Of a DNA stretch of 42,810 nt, positions 8,464-16,963 are shown one piece after another. Source of the stretch: a virus. Position numbers and translations under genes: made by a program. The notes beneath the pieces are model-generated. The model did not search any database, was not told the origin of the DNA, and was given only the letters and a program-made list of their open reading frames with translations. The stretch lies in the UHGV virus genome UHGV-0330108. One strand, 5' to 3'. Every line of letters starts with the position of its first letter. Positions within the stretch are counted from its first letter, which is position 1.

Positions 8464-9512
8464 TGGCAATTACTACTATCGGTGATATCGTAACTGGTAA
8501 AGAATCGGTCATTCTGTCTTACATGACAGAGGACCCGGTAGAGAAAACCGCGTTCTTCCAGTCCGGTATCCTTACCCCGACTCCGTACGCCGCTGCTATC
8601 GCAAACGGCCCATCCAACAAAGCTGTTCTGCCGTACTGGAAAGCGATTGATACCTCTATCGAGCCGAACTACTCGAACGATGTATATCAGGACGTCGCTA
8701 CCCCGCGTAACGTGCAAACCGGTGAGATGAACGTTCGCGTAGCTTACCTGAACGAAGGTTTTGGTCAGGCGGACCTGACCGTTGAACTTACCCGCCAGGA
8801 CCCGCTGAAATCTGTAGCGGCCCGTCTGGATAACTTCTGGCAGCGTCAGGCACAACGCCGTCTGATTGCTACCGCTCTCGGCCTGTACAACGACAACGTA
8901 GCTGCTGACGATGATTACCACAAGCAGAATGACATGGTTGTTGACGTATCCTCTAGCATGGGCTTCGACGCAGGCGCATTCATCGACGCTACCCAGACTA
9001 TGGGCGATGCGCTGATGGGCGACGGCGGTGAGGTTCTCGGTGCTATCGCGATGCACAGCTTCGTTTATGCACAGGCCCGTAAACAGCAGCTTATTGACTT
9101 CATCAAAGACGCTGACAACGACACCCTGTTCGCCACCTACCAGGGCTACCGCGTGATTGTTGACGACAGCATGACCGTAGTTGGCACCGGCACGAGCCGC
9201 AAGTTCATCTCCATCATCTTCGGTAACGGCGCTATCGGTTACGGTGAAGGTAGCCCGACCAAGCCGCTGGCCTATGAGCGTGAAGAGTCTCGCGGCAACG
9301 GTGGTGGCGTAGAAACCCTGTGGACCCGTAAGACCTGGTTGCTGCATCCGTTTGGTTACAGCTTCACCAGCGCGGTAATCACCGGTAATGGTACTGAGAC
9401 TACCCCGCGCTCTGCTTCATGGCAGGACCTGGCGAACGCCTCCAACTGGAACCGTGTGGTTGAACGTAAGCATGTACCGATTGCCTTCCTGGTAACTGGT
9501 GTCGGTGCTTAA
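8463..9512 (+). CDS. major capsid protein
   Basis: 349 aa ORF after the scaffold gene, followed by a strong terminator; size and position typical of an HK97-fold capsid protein. Confidence 0.8.
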   Translation: MAITTIGDIVTGKESVILSYMTEDPVEKTAFFQSGILTPTPYAAAIANGPSNKAVLPYWKAIDTSIEPNYSNDVYQDVATPRNVQTGEMNVRVAYLNEGFGQADLTVELTRQDPLKSVAARLDNFWQRQAQRRLIATALGLYNDNVAADDDYHKQNDMVVDVSSSMGFDAGAFIDATQTMGDALMGDGGEVLGAIAMHSFVYAQARKQQLIDFIKDADNDTLFATYQGYRVIVDDSMTVVGTGTSRKFISIIFGNGAIGYGEGSPTKPLAYEREESRGNGGGVETLWTRKTWLLHPFGYSFTSAVITGNGTETTPRSASWQDLANASNWNRVVERKHVPIAFLVTGVGA

Positions 9513-9528
9513 GGTTAAGCTATAATCG

Positions 9529-9556
9529 AGAGGGACTTCGGTCCCTCTTTTCATTT
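9529..9556 (+). terminator. rho-independent terminator after the major capsid gene
   Basis: AGAGGGAC-TTCG-GTCCCTCT followed by TTTTCATTT. Confidence 0.6.
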
Positions 9557-9571
9557 ACTAAGAGGTAAATT

Positions 9572-9871
9572 ATGGCCAAGACCGGAAAAGGCTTGCCGCG
9601 CAGCCTTCTGAATGTCGATTTCGGCGACTTTGATATCCCAGTCACGCCTGCTACTATCAGCGTAGTTGGTGGGGTTAAAAAGTCAGCTACTGTGGCTGCA
9701 CCTGCGGCCATTACCGCCGCCGCCGGGGCGCAGTCCTCTGCGGATCCGACTAAAGCCGAGTTCGATGCGCTTGTAGCGGAGTACAACAAACTTCGAACCG
9801 ATGTTACCGCGCTGCGCACTACCGTAGCAAATCTGTTGACTGCGCTTAAAAACGCAGGAACTGTAAGCTAA
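9572..9871 (+). CDS. hypothetical structural protein (99 aa)
   Basis: ORF track; TAAGAGG RBS; Ala-rich. Confidence 0.5.
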   Translation: MAKTGKGLPRSLLNVDFGDFDIPVTPATISVVGGVKKSATVAAPAAITAAAGAQSSADPTKAEFDALVAEYNKLRTDVTALRTTVANLLTALKNAGTVS

Positions 9872-9883
9872 AGGAGCTTAAAA

Positions 9884-10234
9884 ATGGTTGATGTAATCAA
9901 ACGTCGCATTACCGGTGTTTCTGATGATTCTCCTGCCGATGGTCAGGTTGAAATCGACATGGCAAATATCTCGCCAGCATCTTTTTCTACCCCACTGAAC
10001 GCTACCACAGCAGTTACAGCCGGGCAGACTATGACACTGACCGTAGTTGTTACCGGTGGCCTAGCTCCGTACACCTACCAGTGGTACAAGGATAACAACG
10101 CTATCGCGGGGGCTACCGCAGCTAGCTACGCTAAAGCGTCAACCACTACCGCCGATTCAGGTACGTATAAAGTGGTTGTTCACGATGTGTATGGTAATAT
10201 TATCTCCAGCAGCACTGTAGCAACTGTGTCTTAA
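9884..10234 (+). CDS. Ig-like domain protein
   Basis: Motif GGLAPYTYQWYKDNNAI...SGTYKVVVHDVYG parallels the Ig-like segment of 6090-6551; AAAGGAG RBS. Confidence 0.5.
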   Translation: MVDVIKRRITGVSDDSPADGQVEIDMANISPASFSTPLNATTAVTAGQTMTLTVVVTGGLAPYTYQWYKDNNAIAGATAASYAKASTTTADSGTYKVVVHDVYGNIISSSTVATVS

Positions 10235-10270
10235 CACAACGGCCCTTCGGGGCCGTAATAAGGAAAGGTC

Positions 10271-10450
10271 ATGGCAGATAATTATGTAATCCGCGAAAAG
10301 TACACCCACGTCGATATTGTCGATGGTCAGGTGATGCCTGTTCGCGGTGTTGTAGAAGCGGATGAACTGGTTGCGACTCAACCGGACAACGAAGAAGCGC
10401 ACAACAACGGCGGTGGTGCTAAGCGTCGTCGCCGTAAATCAGAGGAATAA
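10271..10450 (+). CDS. hypothetical small protein (59 aa)
   Basis: Not in the ORF track; ATG at 10271 preceded by AAGGAAAGG; basic C-terminus AKRRRRKSEE. Confidence 0.4.
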   Translation: MADNYVIREKYTHVDIVDGQVMPVRGVVEADELVATQPDNEEAHNNGGGAKRRRRKSEE

Positions 10451-10453
10451 TTT

Positions 10454-10966
10454 ATGCCGCTAATCGTGGAAGATGGGTCGATAGTACCTGGCGCCGACAG
10501 TTACATTAGTCTGGCTGACGCCCGCGCGTTAGCGGCTAATTATGGTATTGAGCTACCAACGGACGATACCGCCGCAGAGGTGGCCTTGCGCAACGGGGCT
10601 ACTTATGTCGGGCTTGCAGAACCGCAGATGTGCGGTCGTCGCGTATCCGCTGAACAGTCTCTGGCATATCCTCGCACTGGTGTAACGTTGAACGGTTTCC
10701 CCGTAGCAAACAATGTCATCCCGAAGCAGGTAATTCTCGCGCAGGTAATCGCCGCTGCTACATATGGTGCGGGTACAGAAGTGCGGGCTAACTCTGACGG
10801 CCGCTCAGTACAGACCGAGCGTGTTGAGGCTGCGGCAACAGTGACCTACTTCAACAACGGCAACAGTGGCGCTACTACAGCTATTACTGCCGCCGACGAC
10901 GCCTTACGCCCGTTACTGTGTGGTGGTCTTAACAATGGCTTCTCATTTAACGTGTACCGGGGTTAA
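10454..10966 (+). CDS. putative head-tail adaptor/connector protein
   Basis: Position between capsid and tail genes; 170 aa. Positional call only. Confidence 0.4.
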   Translation: MPLIVEDGSIVPGADSYISLADARALAANYGIELPTDDTAAEVALRNGATYVGLAEPQMCGRRVSAEQSLAYPRTGVTLNGFPVANNVIPKQVILAQVIAAATYGAGTEVRANSDGRSVQTERVEAAATVTYFNNGNSGATTAITAADDALRPLLCGGLNNGFSFNVYRG

Positions 10967-10968
10967 AA

Positions 10969-11583
10969 ATGGCGAAGACTAAAACAGAGATGTTTACCCT
11001 TATCGGAGCGAATCTCCCCGATAACACCACCGGGCTTATCACACCCGAGAAGTTACGCGAGGTAATGACGCAGATGGCTGACTCGCCTATCTACGCCACT
11101 CCTGGTGTTAAAGAGGTTGAAGTTCTCCGCGCCGCGTCTACTGTAATACAAGCGCCAACAGCGACGGACACGGCGTTGCAGTTAACCTTCGGCTCCGCTC
11201 AGGGAAGTGCATCCGACCCGGTAACGATTAATGCCGCCGGGCTGGTTACGTTCAACACAGCAGGTAACTATGCCGTTCGCATCAAGTTACAGGCCGGGCG
11301 CACTGGGGCGAGCGGTACATCAATCTTGCTATCGCGCATTCTTCTGAACGGCGCTCAGTATGGTTCGCCAGCTGCCACGAAACTGGTAAGTGCTGATATT
11401 ACAATCCCGATTGAATCTCGCGTAGTTATTAACCCCGCCGCTGGCCAGACGTTTGCCGTTCAGATTATGCGAGATAGTGCCGGAAGCAACTTTGGTGGCG
11501 TATACCCACAAGCGGCTACCGTAACTGCATGGGGCACAGCTCCGTCTGCGCTACTGGTTATCTCGAGACTGGAGGCCGCGTAA
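10969..11583 (+). CDS. hypothetical structural protein (204 aa)
   Basis: ORF track; lies in the head-tail joining region. Confidence 0.5.
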   Translation: MAKTKTEMFTLIGANLPDNTTGLITPEKLREVMTQMADSPIYATPGVKEVEVLRAASTVIQAPTATDTALQLTFGSAQGSASDPVTINAAGLVTFNTAGNYAVRIKLQAGRTGASGTSILLSRILLNGAQYGSPAATKLVSADITIPIESRVVINPAAGQTFAVQIMRDSAGSNFGGVYPQAATVTAWGTAPSALLVISRLEAA

Positions 11584-11942
11584 TGAGCACCGCTTTCAGT
11601 AAACGTATGCAAGGCGTCGGTACACGCCTGCTAACCAAATTCGGTAGCACGGTATCTCTGATTCGTGCTGGCTCGAAAGTGTGGGATGAAGTTCTCGGCG
11701 AATATGTCTGGTCTGCGGATGAAGTGCTGCCGTTGAAGGCCGTTCCGGTTCCGGTTAATGCCGGGCTGGTGAACGGTACGACGATTCAGGCCGGCGACAT
11801 GATTGTTAAAGCGGATTGCAGTGTCGTCCCGAAAATGGAAGACAAGGTGCAATTCGGCGGCGAGCAATGGTCTGTTGTAGCCATCGAGAAGAAGATGGTT
11901 AACGATGATGTTGTGGCATACTTTATTCAGGTGAGAAAATGA
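11583..11942 (+). CDS. putative head-tail joining protein (~119 aa)
   Basis: ORF track frame 11529-11942; ATG at 11583 overlaps the upstream stop (TAATG), with GGAGG 7 nt upstream. Confidence 0.5.
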   Translation: MSTAFSKRMQGVGTRLLTKFGSTVSLIRAGSKVWDEVLGEYVWSADEVLPLKAVPVPVNAGLVNGTTIQAGDMIVKADCSVVPKMEDKVQFGGEQWSVVAIEKKMVNDDVVAYFIQVRK

Positions 11943-12334
11943 GTTTCGCGCTTGATGTCTCTAAGTTCGTGGAAAAGGCGAAGAAGAACCCTGAGAAGGT
12001 GATGCGTCAGGTGTCTATCAAGCTGTTTTCCGCTATCATAAAGGCAAGTCCGGTAGATACAGGCCGCTTTCGTATGAACTGGATGGCGTCTGGCGGTAAT
12101 CCTGCTTCAGGGGTTACGGATGCTACAGATAAATCAGGAAACATAGCAATCGGAAACGCTACAAGTTTCGTGCTGAAAGCCGCCGACTGGCGCGAGTTCA
12201 CGCTGACAAATAATCTGCCGTATGCTCAACGGCTGGAGTACGGTTGGTCACAACAGGCCCCCGCCGGGGTTGTCAGGACTAATGTGTCTCGCTTCCAGCA
12301 ACTCATTAACGAAGAAGCCAACAAGGTGAAATGA
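11939..12334 (+). CDS. putative neck/tail component (HK97 gp10-like)
   Basis: Motif PVDTGRFRMNW resembles the gp10-family signature; ATGA overlap with the upstream gene. Confidence 0.5.
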   Translation: MSFALDVSKFVEKAKKNPEKVMRQVSIKLFSAIIKASPVDTGRFRMNWMASGGNPASGVTDATDKSGNIAIGNATSFVLKAADWREFTLTNNLPYAQRLEYGWSQQAPAGVVRTNVSRFQQLINEEANKVK

Positions 12335-12747
12335 TGGGCTACTTTGAGGACTTAACAAAAGCGTTTGACGCGCCGCTGGTAGCCTTCGGTACCGCAAACG
12401 GCATCAAGATTGCGCTTGAAAATATCGACGCACCGACGTCAACCGATACGCCGTATCTGGCAAGTTACATGCTACTCGCCGATACGGAACAGGCGGATTT
12501 GTTCTTCACGGAACAACGCTCCGGTGTTTATCAGGTCGACATTAACTACGCATCGGTGAAAGGTAGCGCGCCAATCAATAAAATGGCAGACTTACTTAAC
12601 ACGGCGTTTAAAGCAGGCAAGTCATTTTCGCGTAACGACATCTGCGCCGAGGTTCAATCGGTTAGCCTGGGGCCGCTGATTGTAGAAAACGGATGGGCCA
12701 AACGGCCATTGTCAATTAACTTTATTGCATTCACCAAGAGGCTGTGA
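12331..12747 (+). CDS. putative tail terminator/completion protein
   Basis: 138 aa ORF immediately upstream of the major tail protein gene; positional call. Confidence 0.45.
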   Translation: MMGYFEDLTKAFDAPLVAFGTANGIKIALENIDAPTSTDTPYLASYMLLADTEQADLFFTEQRSGVYQVDINYASVKGSAPINKMADLLNTAFKAGKSFSRNDICAEVQSVSLGPLIVENGWAKRPLSINFIAFTKRL

Positions 12748-13916
12748 ATATGGCTACAACTCCTTTTAAGGGCGCGAATACCGCGCAATTCTATGTGGCG
12801 GAAGTGACCCCGGGCGTAACACCTGCTAACCCGGTCTGGTCGCCGTTGCGTAACACTGGCGGTGTTCCTGCCGTAACCCGCGATGCGCTGACTTCCAACG
12901 AACTGGACGGCAGCCGTGAAACCACATCCATCCGCACTGGTAACAAGCAGGTCAGCGGAGAGTACGCCATTGAGCTTAGCTCCCGTAGCCAGGATGATTT
13001 CCTTGCGGGTGCTATGACTTCTACGTGGCAGGATGGGGTAGAGATTACGGGTGCCGAAATTACGGTCGCCCCAGCAGGTAAAACATTCACCCGCGCTGCC
13101 GGTAGCTTCATTACTGACGGTGTAGAAGTTGGCGACCTGATCGCGTTCACCGACTTAACCGGCGACAACGCAAAACCGTTTATCGTGACCGCGGTCGAGG
13201 CGCTCGTAGTAACAGGCGCAGGTATTCAGCACACGCTGACAGCAGAGACTGTAACCACCGACGCTAAAACTGGCGATAAACTGGAAACTGGTAACGCATG
13301 TAAGACGTTCTCCATCCTGACATGGTTCAAAGGCCAGTGCGGGAACCCTGACGCGTACATGCTGACCAAAGGCGTGGAAATCTCCGGTTTTACTATCGAG
13401 CAGGCCGTAAACGCTATGGTAACCGGCAGCTTCCCGTTCATTGGTCTGAGCCAGGAGATTCTTACCGCTCCGCCGTCCGGCTCTGATTTCTCCCGGGTTA
13501 CGTTCACCGATGAGCCGTTCTCGTCTGTAGATGTGTCTGTGTTCGACGGCTCTGCGCCGTTGCGTTGCGACAGCCTGACCATCACCAACGACAACAGCGC
13601 ATCCGCGCAGTTCGAACTCGGCAACAGTAGCGTCGCGTTCGTGGAACGCGGTCGCGCAGCTAACACCTTCTCCATCTCCGGCAAGCTGTACGACATGGCG
13701 ATGATTCAGAAGTTTATCAACGAACAGCAGGTAGAGATTAACTCTATTCTGGCGGGGGTAAACGGGGCTATGTCTTTCAGCCTGAAACGAGCAGAACTTA
13801 CGGCGGTTACACCAGAGATTGGTGGCCCTGAGTCAATCACTCAGTCTATTGAAGGCCAGGCCACCGGCAACCAGTACCAGTCATCTATCGTAATTCAACG
13901 TATCACCTACGCATAA
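12744..13916 (+). CDS. putative major tail protein
   Basis: 390 aa ORF between connector genes and the chaperone/tape-measure pair; followed by a strong terminator. Confidence 0.65.
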   Translation: MNMATTPFKGANTAQFYVAEVTPGVTPANPVWSPLRNTGGVPAVTRDALTSNELDGSRETTSIRTGNKQVSGEYAIELSSRSQDDFLAGAMTSTWQDGVEITGAEITVAPAGKTFTRAAGSFITDGVEVGDLIAFTDLTGDNAKPFIVTAVEALVVTGAGIQHTLTAETVTTDAKTGDKLETGNACKTFSILTWFKGQCGNPDAYMLTKGVEISGFTIEQAVNAMVTGSFPFIGLSQEILTAPPSGSDFSRVTFTDEPFSSVDVSVFDGSAPLRCDSLTITNDNSASAQFELGNSSVAFVERGRAANTFSISGKLYDMAMIQKFINEQQVEINSILAGVNGAMSFSLKRAELTAVTPEIGGPESITQSIEGQATGNQYQSSIVIQRITYA

Positions 13917-13950
13917 AACTAAGGCCCCAAACGGGGCCTTTTTCTTACTC
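13917..13950. terminator. bidirectional rho-independent terminator cassette
   Basis: AAAACT-AAGGCCCC-AAAC-GGGGCCTT-TTTTCTTACTC; the minus-strand gene's stop codon lies in the T-tract. Near-identical copy at 25239-25277. Confidence 0.65.
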
Positions 13951-14175
13951 ATCAATGTTACTTCTGTACTCCCGTAACTTCTCCAGGCTTTCAATTGCTT
14001 CCGCTAAGTCTGTTCCGGTGTCCTTGTGCCCGCGAAGGCCCATACACAATAATTTCTTCAATGCGTGCTGTAACGCCGGGTCGCGGATGTCGAAAGCGCG
14101 GAGCACATCATAAACGTCTACAGTCATAGTGCTGCCGTGGATGTTTGTCATTGTGCGGTTGTATTTTGAAGTCAT
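13945..14175 (-). CDS. hypothetical protein (76 aa)
   Basis: ORF track; last gene of the minus-strand island. Confidence 0.5.
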   Translation of the reverse strand: MTSKYNRTMTNIHGSTMTVDVYDVLRAFDIRDPALQHALKKLLCMGLRGHKDTGTDLAEAIESLEKLREYRSNIDE

Positions 14176-14188
14176 AAATCACTTTCCC

Positions 14189-14659
14189 CTACTCATGGTT
14201 TTCATGGAAACCGTATTTACTCTCCGCGGCTTTACGCGCGGCAACCGCTAGACCAAAATCGTCGTAAAGCCCTAAATGTACTTGTTTGTAGTTAACTTTT
14301 ATAAACGCGCGCCACTTACCCGCGGCTTTGTGGAAACTTACACCTGTAGCCCCGGATTTATTTATCTTTCGCATAGTTTTATTTTTACTGTTCCCTGTAT
14401 TGTCGGTGGCGCGTAGATTTTCTATTCTATTGTCTAGCCTGTTATGGTTTATGTGGTCTATTTGAGTTTTCCTGTCTAAGTTGCATTTATTATAAAGACA
14501 CCATGCTATGCGGTGGACATACACCGTTTTACCACCCATACCGCAGCACAGATAGCCTCTTACACCAACCGTACCAACCTCAGCGCCAGTAGATATCCTG
14601 GTCACCTGCCCCGTCTCAGGGCAGTATTTAAATTGTTTTGAAACATCAATATATCTCAT
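14189..14659 (-). CDS. HNH homing endonuclease with AP2-like DNA-binding domain
   Basis: HNH core GYLCCGMGGKTVYVHRIAW...IDHINHNRLDNRIENL; C-terminal GVSFHKAAGKWRAFIKVNYKQVHLGLYDDFGLAVAARKAA resembles an AP2 domain. Confidence 0.8.
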   Translation of the reverse strand: MRYIDVSKQFKYCPETGQVTRISTGAEVGTVGVRGYLCCGMGGKTVYVHRIAWCLYNKCNLDRKTQIDHINHNRLDNRIENLRATDNTGNSKNKTMRKINKSGATGVSFHKAAGKWRAFIKVNYKQVHLGLYDDFGLAVAARKAAESKYGFHENHE

Positions 14660-15786
14660 CTTAGCATCTCCGGTGAGATTGAAAGCCTACCTACTTCCCC
14701 GAACTCTGAACTATAGGTTATGACGTTAGCGGACCTCTTAGACATCCACCCGCCGCGAGAAGCATATGCATCTTTCGCCGCGAGAGTGCGATGCTGCTCC
14801 ACTACCATATTCCTACTTTCTACAATCTTTTGGTGGTGGAGATGCCCGACATGCGCATAACTGTACTCGCTTTCGCCAAATGCTTTTCTGAACTTAGCGA
14901 TCATAATGGGTTCTACCACCTCAAACCGGCATTTATGTCCGTGTGTAAAGAACAGCGTCGTTTTGCCGTGTTGCACCATCTTATAAACATCCGGCGACGT
15001 ATCGACGAACACACGAGGCTCATTGTCGTATAGCGTACTGAACATCTCAGCCAACCAAATCATGCCCGATTCGTCGTGGTTCCCTTGCACGATAAGCAAG
15101 CGAACATTTTTATGCTTAACGAGGGCCATATCGACAACACGGCGGACCATACGAATCATGTAGCGCACAAGTTTCTGATAGCGCGTGTCCGCATCTAGAA
15201 CATGACCACTTGCAGGTGTAACGGCATCCAGACTATCGAAGTGTGCAAGGTCCCCCAGCAGATTAATAACTCCTGTTCCAGCGTCAGGCGCTTTCTGAAA
15301 CGCCGCGTCGAACCATCGAGAGAACAGGTCTTCCGCAATCTTCATATCCCAGTCGTCGCCGCTCTCGTCGGCCCAGGCCAGCATACCGAGATGAAAATCA
15401 GATACCGTGTAAAGATTGAGTAGCTTGTCGTCACGTTTGGCGCGAATGGCTTTAACAGGCGCAACAGGGGTAATCTCCGACTTCATACCTTCAATTACGG
15501 CTTTCATCAACTCGACCTGACGTTCGGCATCGGTGTCAGTCTTAACCCATTGCAGTTTAGTATTGCCGAACTCGTCAACAAGTGACGACGTCCCTTTAAT
15601 CTTGTAGCCGTCCGGTACAAGGTGACTAACGTCGCGCCCGTGGCCTACGCCTTTCTTAGCCAGCTTCGCTTTACGGATGCGAATTACGCGGTCTGAGATG
15701 CCGTATTTACGGGCGATGTCGATATTCTTCATACCGGCGTTCAATTCTTCCTGCAACTGCTCGTCGGTTATTTTCTTCCGGGCCAT
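14656..15786 (-). CDS. calcineurin-like metallophosphoesterase with N-terminal HTH domain
   Basis: Phosphoesterase motifs in order: SDFHLG, LLGDLAHFD, QGNHDE, FFTHGH, GHLHH; N-terminal NIDIARKYGISDRVIRIRKAK is HTH-like. Confidence 0.7.
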   Translation of the reverse strand: MARKKITDEQLQEELNAGMKNIDIARKYGISDRVIRIRKAKLAKKGVGHGRDVSHLVPDGYKIKGTSSLVDEFGNTKLQWVKTDTDAERQVELMKAVIEGMKSEITPVAPVKAIRAKRDDKLLNLYTVSDFHLGMLAWADESGDDWDMKIAEDLFSRWFDAAFQKAPDAGTGVINLLGDLAHFDSLDAVTPASGHVLDADTRYQKLVRYMIRMVRRVVDMALVKHKNVRLLIVQGNHDESGMIWLAEMFSTLYDNEPRVFVDTSPDVYKMVQHGKTTLFFTHGHKCRFEVVEPIMIAKFRKAFGESEYSYAHVGHLHHQKIVESRNMVVEQHRTLAAKDAYASRGGWMSKRSANVITYSSEFGEVGRLSISPEMLR

Positions 15787-15823
15787 GCTTATTCCTCGTG
15801 CTTAGGATTTGTCCTATACTAGC

Positions 15824-16015
15824 TTACTTCTCGTTAACATTCGAGTTGCAAGCCCAGATTAAAATAAATACCCACGGCAGCAGAATCCAACCAAGAAACA
15901 GATTGGCCATGAATATCGCCAACTTCGCTTTATGGTTGCGGAAATACGCAACCAGGAAAGGTGCGAAATAGGCGAGCAGTGCAAACAGAATTAAGGAAAC
16001 TGGTAAACTTGACAT
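15824..16015 (-). CDS. small membrane protein (63 aa from MSSLP...)
   Basis: ORF track frame 15824-16030; second ATG at 16015 has GGAGGG 8 nt upstream; two predicted TM helices. Confidence 0.5.
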   Translation of the reverse strand: MSSLPVSLILFALLAYFAPFLVAYFRNHKAKLAIFMANLFLGWILLPWVFILIWACNSNVNEK

Positions 16016-16042
16016 TTTAAATCCCTCCATTGTTGGTGTGGG

Positions 16043-16065
16043 TGAATAGTACCCTATTATATTGG
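16043..16065 (-). promoter_or_regulatory. promoter/operator cassette TGAATAGTACCCTATTATATTGG, identical to 6830-6852
   Basis: Exact 23-mer repeat with minus-strand TATAAT and the palindrome, directly upstream of the island's first gene. Confidence 0.45.
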
Positions 16066-16181
16066 GGCGCGCAAGTAGTGTGCTAGAATAGGTTTGCGCC
16101 TAGTGTCGCACACGAAAAGCGGGTGGTTCCCGTCTGGCGCATCAACCTTAACCCGTAACCTCTTAACCAAAGGATTAAAGA

Positions 16182-16598
16182 ATGAAACTTTCTGATTTTT
16201 ATTTCGAAGAGAAAGCACTGGTGGGCAAGAAGATGCCGATTCTGCTACCAAATGGTGAAGACTCAGGGGAGTGGCTTAACGTTGTAAGCCCTGATGCGGA
16301 TGCCGCCGTTAAAGCCGGGCGTGCTTTCATTATCGCGTACCGCCGCGGGCTGGCGCGTTTCGAAGAACTGGAAAAAGCCGCCAAAGAATCCGGCGACTAT
16401 ACTGAATATAACCTGGCGGTCAACGAACTGGCGGAAGACCTCAACCGGCAACTTGCCGCAGAAGTAGTAAACGGCTGGAGCTTTGATGAGCCTTTCTCTA
16501 AAGAAGCATTTAGCAAATTGCTGGACCAGTTCAAGGCATTAGGTACACAGGTGGCGGCGTTCCATAACGCCGAGCGCAAAGCATTACAGGAAAAGTAG
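16182..16598 (+). CDS. tail assembly chaperone
   Basis: 138 aa acidic protein immediately upstream of the tape measure gene; ends in GGAAAAG followed by TAG. Confidence 0.6.
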   Translation: MKLSDFYFEEKALVGKKMPILLPNGEDSGEWLNVVSPDADAAVKAGRAFIIAYRRGLARFEELEKAAKESGDYTEYNLAVNELAEDLNRQLAAEVVNGWSFDEPFSKEAFSKLLDQFKALGTQVAAFHNAERKALQEK

Positions 16599-16963
16599 AC
16601 GCGCTGTACAGGTTCGCCACCTATGAGTTCGTTGATAAGCATAAAATCAGAGAGTTTGATTCTATAGCTGACGGACACGAGCAGGCGCTTATCGCGATGG
16701 GTGTAATCGATAAGAAAAAACGTGCAGCGCGACGGGGTGGGCCAGAATGCCCGCCCCTTTTTATATCCACCTTTGAGACGTACTGTGACATTAAGTTTAC
16801 GCGACACGTGGGCGAGGACGCTGTAGTATTGTTCGCAAGAGAATCCGTTACGTGGCAAGACCTGAAAGCCTATCTCGATGTTACGCAAAAACAGCTTAGC
16901 CTGTTCGAGATAGACATTATCATGGGCTTAGAAGCAATCTTTGAAGGTAGAAATCATGGCTGA
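16568..16963 (+). CDS. putative -1 frameshift extension of the tail assembly chaperone
   Basis: The -1 frame is open from 16568 to 16963 and overlaps the end of the chaperone; candidate slippery site G GAA AAG at 16589-16595 next to the 0-frame stop. Confidence 0.4.
   Translation, partial: RRAQSITGKVDALYRFATYEFVDKHKIREFDSIADGHEQALIAMGVIDKKKRAARRGGPECPPLFISTFETYCDIKFTRHVGEDAVVLFARESVTWQDLKAYLDVTQKQLSLFEIDIIMGLEAIFEGRNHG

Noticed and set aside
7899-9347. 482-aa minus-strand ORF in the track, antisense to the scaffold and major capsid genes
   Set aside because: Fully overlaps two well-supported plus-strand genes; low-complexity, Val/Arg/Gly-rich translation; no RBS. Looks like an antisense artefact of GC-rich coding sequence.
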